Positions 24,301 through 38,012 of a stretch of 64,000 nucleotides of DNA are shown one piece after another (position 1 is the first letter of the stretch; each line of letters starts with the position of its first letter). The position numbers were made by a program, and so were the translations under genes. The notes beneath the pieces are model-generated. The model ran no database searches. It had not been told where the DNA came from and was given only the letters and a program-made list of their open reading frames with translations. Origin of the DNA: Octopus vulgaris. Its lineage: Eukaryota. The DNA is taken from contig OX597814.1 of the NCBI GenBank assembly GCA_951406725.2, positions 218,116,001 to 218,180,000 on the forward strand, given 5' to 3'.

Positions 24301-24422
24301 ATTAATTTTACCTGTGGGTCATGGACTTAAGTTCTTTATATTTTACTCCTTTGTATTAAAAATACTCTCTTAATTCTTTTCCTGAAGTACTTGCTTCCTT
24401 TATGGTCTCCTTTTCATTACTA

Positions 24423-25705
24423 TTGGGTCAACCCATAGATAATGCAGTTTTTTTATACTTCTTTTATTTTTCAAAATTAAGATAAACAGAGTTCTTTTTT
24501 AATCTAAAATATACTCTCCTTCATTTTCTACAATGTTCTCCTATCTATCTGGTAGGCTTGCAAGGCCCCTCTTCCAAAATTCACTTGTCTGTGATGAAAA
24601 ATACTCTAGTACAGTTCTGATCTCATCTACAGAATTCATATTTTTTCCGTCCAAATGATTTTGAAGACTGCAGAATAAATGATAATCAGATGGGGCAATT
24701 TCCAGTGAATATGGTGGGTGGAGCATCATTTCCTATTCAAACTGCTCCAGCATTTGGAATGTCATCCTTGCTGTATGTAGCTGAGCATTATCTTGTTGAA
24801 AGAACACCTTTCGTCTTCAAACCAAAGATGGTCATTTTACTTCTAGCGCTGACTTAAGCCACTCAAGCTGTTCGTAGTAGATCTCCTTTGTTATTGTTTG
24901 GTTTGGGTTTAAAAGATCAAAGTGGATTAAACCTTTCATATCCCACCAAACAGATAACAACACTGTATGTGAGTGAAGACCTTCTTTAGCCTGGGGTGCC
25001 AGTGTTTCTCCTTTCCCTACCCACTGTCTTTGGTGCTTGACATTTTTATAGAGAACCCATTTCTTGTCACCAGTCACGATTCAGTCCCCAAAAGGTTCAT
25101 TCATGAGACATGACAGCAAAGATGAGAACACATTCACTCTGTGTATGATGAGACTTGGAAAGCTTGTGAGGAATCTACTGGTCCAATTTGCTGACTTTTC
25201 TGATGGTACGCAGGTGTTGATAAATGGTTGAATGATCAAATCCAAGCTTCTCTGCTAGTTCCCCAACAGTTACGATGGGATTTTGTTCTACCAAGGTTTG
25301 CAAGATGTCCTTGTTGAGTTCTACAGATCTTCCAAGATGAGGTTCATCTTCCAGGCTGTAGTTTCCTGCTCAGAATTTCTGGAACCACCATTGTCATTGG
25401 CTTATGCTTATTGTCCGATCCCCATATACTGCATAAATATTCTTTGCACTTTCCATTGCGTTTTTGCCTTTACTGAACTCATAAAGCAAAATATGCCGAA
25501 TATGCTCCTTTGTCACTTCCATTATAGCTTTGAAAATAACTGTTAAAATCGAACTGCACTCTTCAAAACTTGCACTAAGAATAAAAAACAAGGTAAAATT
25601 ACTACCTGCTTTTATAGCAAGTTGATGCAGGTAGTTTATCTTGTCCCCCTCTGACTTTTAATTCATGCAATTGAAAAAAACTGTATTATATATGAGATGA
25701 CCCAA
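24423..25705 (-). mobile_element. Full-length decayed mariner (DD34D-type), 1283 bp
   Basis: TA|ttgggtca...tgacccaa|TA TIRs; TGDKKWVLY, LSVWWD and HPPYSLEIAPSDYHLF motifs. Confidence 0.93.
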
Positions 25706-26484
25706 TATAATGAAAATCCCTAATAAACATCAGTGCACTCATGCGGAGATAACACAATCCTTAATTTCCTTGCAACCTTTAAATGAACTATTATGAGATG
25801 AATGCTAATAGTGGCAGCTCTCATCAGACATCCAGATTCTGTATCAACTTCCCTATCATATGTTAGGCCTTACTATATCCTGTGACCTTTTTTACCAACT
25901 CAAAATGCTTAAAATAGTTATAACAATATCAAAGATATTTGATTCTTACTTCGGAACAGGCATTAACCATTTTAACCAGGCTCTGAATAGATTGTCCAAT
26001 TAATCTATACCTTCCTTGCTAGGCTGTAAAAATCATCATCAATACCACCAGTCCTACTAAGGGCCAAAAAGATGTCAACAGCTTGGTTTTACTTTACATA
26101 TAGACAACCAAGGTCAGAACAAGAAAGAAAATAAAGATATGATTCACTCTGGTCTATTTCCCTCTATCTTGTTCAATATTCTTCCATCAACAATGTTCTA
26201 AACATGCAGCTAAGTAAACTATCCGCTCAGTCAATAAATCCTCTCTCAGAAAACTTTCAATCAATGACCTGACATTGTGATGCATTTTGTTTGCTTCTAC
26301 TCAAGCTTATTTATAGAAAACATTGCAAGAGATTGTGTCATAATCCCTCTAGAGTAATGAGCTAGCGTACCTTTATCAGCTTTCAGAACAATGTCCAGAT
26401 ATTTCTGAATATGGACTCCTGCTCTTATATCTAATCAGCAGCATTCTAAAACACATTATACAAAAGTGTCTTTTTCATTGATCA

Positions 26485-26698
26485 ATTCTGTTGTGTCTGG
26501 GGAGAGTCATTTTCTTTTTGTGCCTTATGTAACACACTCACCAGTAAAATTTCCACTTTTTAAAAATTTTTATTGTTCTGAGTGTGTTACATAATAAGGC
26601 ACAAAAAGAAAATGACTCTCCCCAGACACAACAGAATATGCTTCAACACAGGAACTCATATAAAGAATCTTGCAAACCAAATCCAAAAACGAAATTGA
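26485..26698. mobile_element. Fold-back insertion (56/59-bp inverted arms plus extension), probably Penelope-like
   Basis: Arms 26485-26540 and 26579-26637; 10-bp flanking direct repeat gatcaattct (26480-26489 / 26699-26708). Confidence 0.6.
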
Positions 26699-26939
26699 GA
26701 TCAATTCTCCTTTGCTGAAAATATTCAATATCTAAACTACTGCTTTTTTGATTACCAAACTTCAATCCTTTAGCATTCAGGTTACTTTTTAAAAAGTAAT
26801 GCTTTTTATTCCCATTGATTTTAATTTATCATGCATTACCTTGTAGCTTTGAGACTTTGATGATACGATTGTTTATTTTTAGAATGTGAGAGACCAGATC
26901 TGGTCAGTTTGAATATAAAACAAGTTTGGACCAAATGGT

Positions 26940-27280
26940 GATGGTGACCCCCTTCGGTCAGACACTGACCATGGGTTTGCACCTAGAGAGTTACCCTCTG
27001 AGGCACAAGTCCGGGCAAGGTTGTATATGGAAGACCAGCAGTCGCCCATGCACACTGGCCTTCCCTCTCCACGCCACCAGTGTTATCCAAGGGAAAGACA
27101 AAGGCCGATACAGCTTGGCACCTGTGACGTCGCAACTCATTTCTACAGCTGAGTGAACTGGAGCAACGTGAAATAAAGTGCCTTGCTCAAGAACACAACA
27201 TGCAGCCCGGTCCGGGATTCGAGCTCACAACCTCACGATCGTAAGCTTGACGCTCTAACCACTGAGCCACGCGCCTTCAC
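26940..27280 (-). mobile_element. tRNA-derived SINE family D nested in a TTAA-type MITE (~26762-27322)
   Basis: Minus strand gtgaaggcgcgtggctcagtggttagagc...gagctcgaatccc; other copies at 41400-41720 (+), 46945-47225 (-) and 38740-39015 (-, chimeric). Confidence 0.85.
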
Positions 27281-27344
27281 AAATAGGGACCAAATAGGGT
27301 CAGTTTAAATGCTAAGGGGATAAATATACATAACAGATGTAAAT

Positions 27345-28170
27345 ATGAGGGAGTGCTGAAAAGTTCCAGGCTTTAAGAGTATTGCAAAGGGTAGATTGTT
27401 ACCTTTACTGGGGAGGTAGAACAACTATTTAGGAGAAAAATATGCAAAAAATCATGATTGTGTACAATATATCGTTTTTTTTTTTTTTGCATATTTAATG
27501 CATGATGGCAGCTCCTGCAGTGGATTTTGGTAAAATTGAAACACAGGCGGTCATAAAGTTCCTCTTTTAACAAGGCAAAGGAGCGGTGGAAATCCATGGC
27601 AAGATGAAGTCTTGAAGGATGGCTGCCCATCATACTAGTCCACAGTGAAAATCTGTGTGTCAAGGTTCAGACTGGTCATTTCAAGGTCACAGATGATCCC
27701 TGGTCAGGACAGCCAACTTCTGCGACCACAGAGGACAAAGGCGATGCTGTGCATGTCATGATTCTCAGGGGCCATCCGACTGCAACTATGTCACAGCTGA
27801 GAGACTGGGGATTTCTTACAAATGAGTGGGCCACATCATCCGCAACAATCTGGACATGAGAAAGCTTTCCACAAAATGGGTGCCAAAATGCCTGAACACT
27901 GATCAGAAGTAAATCAGTGACGACATCAAAGGCGACTTTGGACCAGCTTGCCACGGGGAGAGACTGATTTTATAGTTCGTTTAGTCATCAGATGAAATTT
28001 AGCTTCATCGTTATGACCCCCAGACCAAGCAGCAATCTATGGAGTGGTGCCACCACAGTACACCATGTCTCAAGAAGTTTTGAACCCAGAAGTCAGCTGG
28101 AAAGATTCTGGCTGGTGTTTTGGGACAAAGAGTGCTCCTCATAAAATACTTGCCAATGCAGAATTCTACA
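27345..28170 (+). mobile_element. Mariner 5' fragment
   Basis: End tatgagggagtgctgaaaagttcc; MRKLSTKWVPKCL and YDPQTKQQSMEW...KSAGKIL motifs. Confidence 0.85.
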
Positions 28171-28389
28171 CGTGTCTGCACCCCCTCCCCCCCATCTCTG
28201 CTTAACAAACTGATGTTGTTGTGCTGACATCCCCATAACATAGCGGTTCAGCAAAAGAGTCGAACAGAATAAGTACTAGGCTTAATAAATAAGACCTGTG
28301 GTCAATTTGTTTGACTAAAACACTTCAAGATATTGCTCCAGCATGGCCATAATAAAATGACTGAAACAAGTAAAATAATAAACACTTTT

Positions 28390-29310
28390 TTATCAAAGTG
28401 CAAACTGTTATGGTTGACCTAGAGAAGACTTTAGACAGGGTGGTTCACTCTGCAGTTGATTGTCACTAAGAAAAGTAGGTGCAGCTGAAAACAATGCATA
28501 TCTCTACTGCCATCAGGACAGTGGCCTTGCTCAATATGCAGAAGGGGGGAAGGAGGAGGAGATAGGGACCTTATATTAAGCACCTAATGTAAACTATTGC
28601 TGTGCAAGAGACGCTGAAGGATCAGAGGGAAGATAACAGAAGGATTGTATACGTAACCCTAGGCAGAGAAACAAGCAGTGAGAGTACCAGGCAATGAATT
28701 CTTTCAAATACCAAGAAGTAGTTGATAGCTTCTGTTACTTAGGTGACTAATCAGCAATGGAGATGGATGTTGTGAATGTATAGTGGCCAGTATAAAAAGT
28801 ACAAGGAAGAAATTCAGAGAACTATCAACAGTTTGCAAGAAAGGGATTCTGCCTCTGAGTGAAGAGCAAGTATTGTACTGATGATGATGATGAATGATGA
28901 GGGTGAAAGATATATAAAAATGAAGTGAGTGCGCTCATTGTTAGTATGGCTCTGCTGAATGAGTAACATTAGCATTCCTGAACAACAAAGTACAAATGAG
29001 GTGAAAGAGGAAAAAAACTGAGGGTAAGAGGAATCAGCTGTAATGTAGAAGAGAGAAAATTGTGCTGGTACAGACAGGTTGATGCATATGGCAGATGACT
29101 GTTGGGTGAAGTGATTCAATTGGATGGAGCCAGTGGGAAAATAAGATGATGGAAGCAGGGAGATGATAAAGCCGATTTCAAGATGATGAAGCTCACAAAA
29201 GAAATGACAAAGAATGCAAACAAGTGATGAGAAATAAATGAGAAATGATGGGGAGAGAGGACCTGTCCGACACATGCAATCATGGGAAAACAGAAATAAA
29301 ATGGTGGCGA
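28390..29310 (+). mobile_element. Old RTE LINE relic
   Basis: VDLEKTLDRV and VVDSFCYLGD motifs; (gat)n-like ends. Confidence 0.6.
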
Positions 29311-29312
29311 TG

Positions 29313-29351
<39 letters not shown>

Positions 29352-29967
29352 AGTGTGTGTAAACAAAACAATAAAGATTATGTATAGCATATAAGTTTAT
29401 TTAAAGTTTCACTCTACCACCACAGCAAGTTCTTCACAATATTCTTCAGGTGTATGGCATGAAATTTTTCTAAGGAATATTTCTACAACACACTGACAGA
29501 ATGAACCTTTAGCTTAAAAAAAAAAAAATAAAAAATAAATATTAGGTAAACTAGTAAAAGCAGTGGCAATACATTTCAGAAGCAAAGCTAACCTAATTTA
29601 GGAACGATGCTTGGGGTGGGGGTTTCAAGACAGTTTAAAAATCCATTTCAAGTATAGTTAGACGAATGGTTTTGTCATTAAATTGGCTTTGATGATTCAT
29701 TCTTGATTTCTAGGGTATTGTTTCCGGACTATCAAAGGCAGAATGACCTATAAAAATGGTGAGAAGATTCAGTTTGAAAAACAAAAAAAAAAAAAAAAGT
29801 GAGTGAGTATAGATAGGTCAAATACAAAATTCCCAGAAACTCTTAAAGCGTCAAATTTAGACTAAATAATATTTCATATGTAGTGAATGCTTGAAAATAA
29901 AAGCACAACAAATACCTTGATTAAGAATTCAAATTATAAAATAATCACATAAAAAATTTGTTTTTAT

Positions 29968-30141
29968 AGGCGCAGGAGTGGCTGTGTGGTAAGTAGCTTG
30001 TCTACCAACCACATGGTTCCGGGTTCAGTCCCACTGTGTGGCACCTTGGGCAAGTGTCTTCTACTATAGCCTCGGGCCGACCAAAGCCTTGTGAGTGGAT
30101 TTGGTAGACAGAAACTGAAAGAAGCCCGTCATATATATGTG

Positions 30142-30184
<43 letters not shown>

Positions 30185-30400
30185 TGTGTGTGTCTGTGTT
30201 TGTCCCCCTAGCATTGCTTGACAACCGATGCTGGTGTGTTTATGTCCCAGTTACTTAGCGGTTCGGCAAAAAGAGACCGATAGAATAAGTACTGGGCTTA
30301 CAAAAGAATAAGTCCCGGGGTCGAGTTGCTCGATTAAAGGCGGTGCTCCAGCATGGCCGCAGTCAAATGACTGAAACAAGTAAAAGAATAAAAGAAAGAA
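29968..30400 (+). mobile_element. Young SINE family A
   Basis: Full head, internal microsatellite and tail. Confidence 0.92.
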
Positions 30401-30955
30401 TTTAAGAAAAAGCTTTGTGAACAATGAAAATAAATAACATGTTTTTGTTCATTTTCTTAATTTTTATTTCCAGTTTCATTTCATGTATGGTAAATTTTAT
30501 GAAATGAAAAATAAATAAACACAGTATAAAAATTAATTTCTTTTCATTAAATTAGATACTTGAAACAAGTCAAATAATAATAAAAAAAAACTTTGAAAAA
30601 AAAAAAGACTAAATAAACTCAAAAAGTGAACAGAATAAAAATAAACAGTGTACACTTCTTTTTTACTTCACTCTTTATAAATATATATATACCCAGTTCA
30701 ACATTCACACAGAAAAATTTGGAGTCACAATTTTCTCATGATATGGAGTGTTTTAATGACACTTATCTGCCATCTTTTTTTTTTTTAAATTTGATTTTAC
30801 ATTATCGTTTTATGATTAGCTCTGTTTTTTAATATTGGCAGAGTTTGATACTCATAAATACTATTTTGTCCCCGCTTTCTTTTTTTTTGCAGGAACATGT
30901 AACAGTTCAGTTTATTAAATTAGTTTTTTAAAAACAGAACGCAACAAGCATTTTA

Positions 30956-31431
30956 TTACATCAAAGTGTTTTCTTCTTCGTTGAAATACTTGTAACAGAC
31001 AGATATTGCTTCACGGATATCTTCTCTTGGAATAATTTTTGTAGTTGAAGATATTCTCCCAAAATACCAATCTCCTATAGCTTTCTGTGGTGATATATGT
31101 CCTGCAAGAGGTTGGGAGTAAAATCTGTTGACTAGAACACTATGTACAGGGCAAGCAGTCAAATAGCGGCCATCTTTGTGAGAGGTAAATATCTCTCTTA
31201 CAATGTCTAAAAGACTTGATTTAATATCAGATATATATTTGATATCACTTGAAGAACATTTCTTAAAATCACAAGTAATGTCCAATGCTTGATTGAGGTA
31301 CCATCGATCATGGACAGAGTTGAGGAAGAACGCTGGTGTGAACACATGGCGGTAAAAATATACAGGAGAAAAACACTGCCATTTAATCTCATCTGGAACT
31401 GATTGTGAGCAATCTTTCAGAGATACAGAAT
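30956..31431 (-). CDS. Pectin acetylesterase/Notum-family hydrolase, last coding exon
   Basis: ttttattctattacag acceptor, phase 1 compatible with the 60740 donor; 476 nt to TAA. Contains WQCFSPVYFYRHVFTPAFFLNSVHDRW (putative triad Asp), ACPVHS (putative triad His) and AIGDWYFGR. AATAAA on the minus strand at 30952-30957 and 30911-30916. Confidence 0.92.
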
Positions 31432-32337
31432 CTGTAATAGAATAAAATAAATAAAACATTACATTTAAATATAGGGAAATAACTTGAGAATCAGGAACAC
31501 AAAATCATTCACTAATATGCTATAAACCAATGTTATGAGACCAAATTTAGTTTCGTATCATACTCTCTGGCAAAATGCTTAGTGGATTTACGAATGAGAC
31601 ATTTCATGATCTAGCATTACAATGTGATGATGGTATCTGATACTGAGCAGATGCAATCCCTTGTTATACAGACATTGTGATGGGAAAGTGAGAGTAGTAG
31701 AGTGACAGGGAAGTTTTATCAACTTGGAACACTTGGTAATGTATCGTCATCATTGTTTTACTGTCTATTTTCCATGCTAGCAAGGGTCAGAGATTTCTAT
31801 GATTGGATGCCCTTCTTGCCCACAACCCCTGCCTGTTTCCAAGTGAGGCAATAATCTACCTGAAAATCACAGAAAAATGAGATAACTTGTACCTGGTCTC
31901 ATCCAGGAGTGATAGACATCAGTGATCCATCATTTTTGTGCCTTGTCAATTCTGTGTACCCGAAATAAGACCTGATGCAAGCTAAATCACTGTCAATGAC
32001 TATATACAAAATGGTGTAAGAACCATCTGTTGGTATGTTCCAACGTTTCATACTACTACTGAAATTTTGGTTAAGAACTTGTCTGCCAAAAAATTGTAGC
32101 AGAGTAAAAGAATGTGAAAGGAAACAATGTCAATGTGCAGGTGAAGTTGAAGAAGAAAGAAACTTTAAAAATAAAAAATAATAAAAAACAAATCCTGTCA
32201 TAGTCAAAATAGCTTTTTAACTCATTTATAGAGAAATTACTTTTTGTTGACACAGAATATCAATAGTTGTCTCTGAATTTATCGTTTTAATAAATCATTG
32301 ATTATTATTTCTAATTGGTGTAATTGTTGTTGTATGG

Positions 32338-32550
32338 TTAACCCTTTCATTACCAACCCAGCTGAAACCGGCTCTGGCTCAGAGTACAAATGTCTTGCAT
32401 TAAAATCTTCCACCAAACCTTTGTTACAATTTATGTCCCTAACACTAGCTGAATGATAACTAATTTATTTTGCTAAAGTCTTTGTTATATTTAAAGTAAT
32501 TGAAAGAAATACAGAGCATCTCAAAATAAATACAGTAACGAAAGGGTTAA
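32338..32550. mobile_element. TTAA-flanked MITE (piggyBac-like ends) inserted in a SINE head
   Basis: TTAA|ccctttcattac...gtaacgaaaggg|TTAA. Confidence 0.85.
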
Positions 32551-33220
32551 GCAAGGTGGTTTCCCAACCACGTTGTCTTGGGTTCAGTCCCACTGCATGG
32601 TAACTTAGGCAAATGTTCTACTATAGCCCTGCGTCAACCAAAGCCTTATAAATAGATTTGGTGTATGGAAACTGAAAGGAGCCTGTCATACATAAATATA
32701 TGTGCGTTCGTGTGTGTGTGTGTGTTTGTTTATATGTACCCTTGTCTGGAGATCAGGTGATATTTGCAAATGAGTATCATACAAGCAGTGTTGTTTGTTT
32801 CCAATAGTCCATGAAAAAATTATTCAGCCATGGGGAAAAACTGCCTTGTTTGGAAAGAGAAAAGGTAACAGCTGTTGAGAATCTGACTCAACAAATACTG
32901 TCTTACCTATGCAAGCATGGAAAAGTAGATGTGAAGCAATGATGATTATCATAATGATCAATCAAAAACATTTTTTGTATTATCATTTATCAATTAATCT
33001 TTTCAGACCTGAATCATTTCCTTAAATGGAAAAAAATAATAATAATAATAAATGCACTGAACTGATAATAACAACATAATATAACCATGTGCAAAACTAT
33101 ATATGCAAGTTATGGCCAGAATTTTGAAAGGAAAATACTATTTCAAGGGTGACCTGTAGAAATTTTTCATGAGACATAATCAAACTGAAAGTGAGTGTGA
33201 AATATGACTTTCCAGGGATC

Positions 33221-33449
33221 TTAACCCTTTAGCATTTAAACCGTCCATATCCGGCCAAAAGTATTCTACCTGTTTTATGTTCAAACTAGCCCTATCTGGT
33301 CTCTCACACCAACCCTACAATGTCGTTTAAAAAATTAACAGCTTCCTCATCAAAATCTCACAGCTACAAGATAATGCATGATTAGTTCAAAACAATGTGG
33401 ATAAAAAAGCATTAATTTTGGCAGAATAATGTGAACACTAAAGGGTTAA
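33221..33449. mobile_element. TTAA-flanked MITE (ccctttag...ctaaaggg family)
   Basis: TTAA TSD and 8-bp TIR; further copies at 38288-38513, ~40567-40785, 42139-42341, 42595-42822 and 49730-49957. Confidence 0.9.
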
Positions 33450-33758
33450 CTATGGATTGGCTTTGTTTTGTCAACAATATTCAGTAAATACATTGTTCTG
33501 ATTCCAAATGAAATGAAGACAGACTGTAACCAGCCACATGTGCTCCAGCCACATGTACCTAGCAACACTATGTTATTAGCCATCTGTGTTCTAAACTTGC
33601 TCTGATATCAAATAAATGAGTTACCATCATTTAGCATTTACCGACAGCTAAGAGGAGTGTGTCAAGCTCCAATCAGTGTCCTCTTAAGGCATGGGCACAC
33701 TGAGTAGTGGCTCAGGGGCCGATGCTGTCAATAAATAAATACTATAGGGCCCAATGCA

Positions 33759-34274
33759 TTTAATAAGATTATTGAAATATTTTAAGTCTGCTCAATGACA
33801 ACAAGTAAGAACTGATGTTATATATTTTCTGAACCAAAATCAGTATGTCCTAATGACTCCTAGCCTTTGGTGGCCCAAACAAACCATTCTACATGATTGC
33901 AGCTACAACCAGTGACTTCTAGTAATATCGTTAAGACAGCCATAGCTCCAAAGTCTATTTTGGCATGGTTTCTAATTCCAAGTGCTCTACCGAGTGGTCA
34001 CGAGTGGTCATAGATATCAGAATTGATTAAAATTTTTAATTTATCAGGTTAATATTAAAATGTCAAATATCCACTTAGAAAATATCGAGTTTCATTTCAA
34101 AAATTGCTTTTAATAAGATTATTGAAATAATTTTAACGATGCTTAATGACAACAAGTAAGACTTGATATTATATTTTCTGAACCAAAATCAGTAAATCCT
34201 AATGGCTCCTATCCTTTGGCTTCCCAAACAAACCATTCTACATGATTGCAGCTGTAACCAGTGACTTCAAGTAA
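33759..34274. repeat. ~165-bp diverged direct duplication (33759-33925 / 34109-34274)
   Basis: ttaataagattattgaaat...caaacaaaccattctacatgattgcagct...ccagtgacttc occurs twice, 350 bp apart. Confidence 0.85.
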
Positions 34275-35481
34275 ATCATTTCTCTGGCAGTAGTTCCTGC
34301 TTCATTGTTTCAACATCAGCTGAAACAGACAACGAAAGTGCTCTGAGGTTTGCTTCTATTACTCAACTAAATCATCTATACTTTTTTCAAGGAGACATTT
34401 GACAACCAGAAATGTTCTTAAAACAGCAATTTAGTTCACCACATTTGATCTATTTTGACAAAACCTATGATCATGCATATCGTTTTTTTTCAGTGCAAAG
34501 TATAATGGAAATCAAAAACAACAGTATTTTACAGATAAAAGAAAATGTATGTTAACAGAAAAATTTCCTAATTGTAAAAGAAATGTGTCAACAGAGTAAC
34601 TTTGTCTCTGAATATTACCATGGAAACACTGATTCTTAAATGTAATAACATTAAAAACTTGTTAGATCAAACTACAAGAAAATACATACAAACAAATCAT
34701 AAATGCATAATAAAAATTACTGAATGTTTGTACTCATTTACCAATAAGGAATAACCATAGAAAGAAATGTTAACGAATCATTCAACTTGTATAACTTAGT
34801 AAAATTGATAGGGAAGTTAATTCTGATTTTCTAAGCTTAACAAAACTGATATAAATAGACCCACGAGTCTTGATATACAAAATGAGCTCTGTTCTATAAT
34901 GACTGGCTTTGGTAAGAGATTTACTTGAAGTAATAGACACAAAGAATTTTTTGATTACTGCTGTTAAATATACTGATGCAATGTAGTTATTTTAACGTCC
35001 ACTTTTCCAGGACTGCATGGGTCAGATGGAATTTATTGGAGTCAGATTTTCTACAGCTGGATGCCCTCACTTGTTTCCAAGTAAAATAATATTTCTCCGT
35101 GGACCAGACATGCAATTATGAGTGTTTGTGCATTCTTTTGTTTGTTCCACTAGCTTCAGTGATTGGATTACAGTCATACTGAGATAATCCCAAATAAGTA
35201 TTGGCATAATTTGTGCCAAACTGCTAAGTTACAGAAACATAAACAACCTAACACTGGTTGTCAAGCAGTGAGAGACAACCACAAACACAGATTTGTGTGT
35301 GTATGCACTCACACACACACATAGGGAGGCTTCTGCATAGTTTCCATCTACCAAAGTCAGTCAACCTGTGGCAATAATAAAACATGTTGTCATAGTGCTA
35401 CACAAGGGGACTGAAACCAAAATAATGTGGTTACCAAGTGAACTTCTTAATTTTACAGCCATGCTTGAGACCACATATATA

Positions 35482-36778
35482 CAGGGTGTGAAGGTATTTG
35501 AGAACATACCTTTTTTAGGCCATTGCTGCATCTTCTGCTAACTCTGTATAATCTTTGTTTCAGAAAATAATAACAACAGACCCTCAGCTTACTCAAGAAA
35601 TGAAGAGGCAGGCTGTTATTGTGGTTATAGAGGCTGAGTAAAGCGATTTAGAAATATCTCAATTTTTAAAAGTTGCCAGGTCTTTCATCTACAAAGTTTG
35701 TAAGGAGCCAGAGAAGATGGAAACGTATCACCAGTATCAAAGTATAAAAAGCATTCTAAACACTCTGAAATCATCAGAACACCTGAATTGATCCAGCAAG
35801 TTCTACAGACCATTGATTACAATCCCAGAAAGCCCATGAGGTCATTTGCAAAAGATCTCCATGTGTCAGAAGGAACGGTCAGAAATGTTGTCCATGAAAA
35901 CATCAGATATAAGTCTTCATACGATGAGGAAAGGTCAATTTGTCAGTAAAAGCAAAAGAAAATCACTACATCAGATCTAAAAGGCTCGTAAAACAAACTG
36001 AAAAATCCAGCAGAAGAAGATTTGATTTGGTTTTTCTCAAATGAGAAAAACTTCAACCAAGATCAAAAAGTTAACAGAAGAAATGACAGATGGCTATGTG
36101 CAGACCCATCTGAAGTTCCAAGTGTTATGCATACAAAATTTCCTGCAACTGTCATGGTTTTAGGGGTTGTCAGCAATGAAGGACATGTGATGCTTCCTTA
36201 TTTCTTTCCACAAGGCCTTAGAGTTAACTCTGCCACCTACACTGAGGTCCTGGAAATAATTCTTAAGCCCGGGATAGACAGTGTATGCAATGGAAGGCCA
36301 TATGTGTTTTAGCATGACTCTGCACTATCACACATGGCTCTAGTAACACAGGAATGGATGGCTGAAAATTATCATGATCCCAACCTCTAACATTTAGCCT
36401 TCCTAATTTCCTAGATCTCAATTCATTGAACTATTACATGTGGAATGTTGTTGAGAGAGAGGTCAATGAACATCCCCATAATACCAAATATTCTTTGAAA
36501 GCTGCCATAGTCAGAGAAATGTTCAAAAAGAACCAGGACCACTTGATTCAAGCATGTAGATGATTTAGATCTCATATAGAAGCAGTTGTTGAAGCTGAAA
36601 ATGGCTTTATTCATCATCATCATCATCATCATCGTTTAGCATCCGTTTTATTGAATAACATTATAGAAAAGAAGGTTTATTTTTATCCTCATCCCATATT
36701 TTGATAAATAAAGTTATCTGTTGTTATATCAGTTTTTTTATAAACACAAATCTGTCCTCAAATATCTTACGCACCCTG
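35482..36778 (+). mobile_element. Full-length decayed DD37D (maT-like) Tc1/mariner element
   Basis: TA|cagggtg...caccctg|TA TIRs; FFSNEKNF, KFPATVMVLGVVS, VF*HDSALSH and DLNSLNYYMW motifs. Confidence 0.88.
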
Positions 36779-37216
36779 TATATATCATCATCATCATCAT
36801 TTTAATAATCATGCCTGCATGTGTTGGTCAGAATTTGTAGAAAGATTATCTATGGCCGGATGCCCTTCCAGTCACCAGCCCTCACCAAGTAAGGAAATAT
36901 TTTCCTATGCACAGACATGTTTTCATGAAAAACTGGAAATGAAGAACCCTCGTAATATAACAGTGACACTTGTCTGCAACTACCGCACAATATCAAGTCA
37001 AAGAGACACACACACATTTTATTCATTTCAATAAAATCCTTTAATAAACTGTAGGAGAGTCTGTTGTTGGAATATAAGACAGAGTTAAAAAAACAAAAAA
37101 CTGAAGCATTTGTAGCAGCAGCAGCAGCAGGGAATGTGCATCAGAACTATAATTAACTCAATTTGAGAAGTAGCTTCATTATCCACAAATACACATCTTT
37201 CTAACTACACTAGCAG

Positions 37217-37279
37217 CTATAAATAGCAAGAGAGAAGTTATATCTGTAGAGAATTTCCCCTAATCAATGCTATAAATAA
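37217..37279. promoter_or_regulatory. Two MEF2-consensus / TATA-like motifs in a repeat-free island
   Basis: CTATAAATAG (37217-37226) and CTATAAATAA (37270-37279) both fit YTA(W)4TAR and lie next to a GC-rich patch. Confidence 0.35.
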
Positions 37280-37978
37280 ATAGAGCAGTACAGAAGGACT
37301 AACTTTCCTCCTCCTCCTCCTCCTCACACTCTGCTGCTGCTCGCTAGGCTGGACCGGTCCAGTCCGGGGGGGGAGAGGGGGGAAACAGACCAGCAATCTA
37401 TTATCGGATTCTCAATGCCTGTAATATTTTCAGATGTAATAAAGGGAGTCTGTGGTGATGAAGGTTTTCAGGAGGGACTATAGAATCTAGCTGTTGGTGA
37501 TGATTTGATGGAAGCGTAGTTACTAAATAGCAAAGAGTTCAGATAATGAGTAGCAGAAAGGAAAAGGGGCGGATGGTGGGGTGGCGGTGGTGGTGGTGGG
37601 GGCTGTTAGTATAAATAATAGCTTTGAAAGAAGGAGACAAAGAGCAAAGGTGTTGTTACAAACAGTAGTGGCAGCGGTTGTGATGATATGCTTTTGTTTG
37701 TAGTGGAGGTGGGGTAAGTGTGTGTGTGTATTTGTGGGCTTCTATTTGAAAGATTAGGATACTCTAAGTACTATAGTGACAACAGTTGTTAAAGGTGGGT
37801 GTGCTGTGTCAGATATGAATTATACTTTTGTAAAGTAGGTAAAAGAAAATAGTAAACTGAAAAATGGTTTCCTTATATAATTTCTGTTTTTGTCAATAAT
37901 TTTTCGGTTTTTCTTAAACTTTAATATTTTAAAATATTCCTTCACTTTTTTTTGTTTCTGTTTTTTTCATCTCCATAG

Positions 37979-38012
37979 CAAAATGAGAAATGCCTGAAGC
38001 TTACCAACACAG
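37979..38012 (+). other. Candidate 34-nt exon antisense to the hydrolase intron
   Basis: Long polypyrimidine tract ending catag, then CAG|GTAAGG donor. Confidence 0.4.

Noticed and set aside
28814-29371. 185-aa ORF, the longest in the track
   Set aside because: Antisense reading of an old RTE relic plus a (TG)n microsatellite; low-complexity composition.
31893-31971. Possible extra minus-strand exon of the hydrolase gene (cag acceptor, CAG|GTACAA donor)
   Set aside because: Stops in all three frames; the 60740-to-31431 join is already in frame.
34276-34319. Strong minus-strand acceptor (ttgtctgtttcag) as an alternative exon
   Set aside because: The in-phase reading stops after about 14 codons and would lose the Asp and His of the triad; no family similarity.
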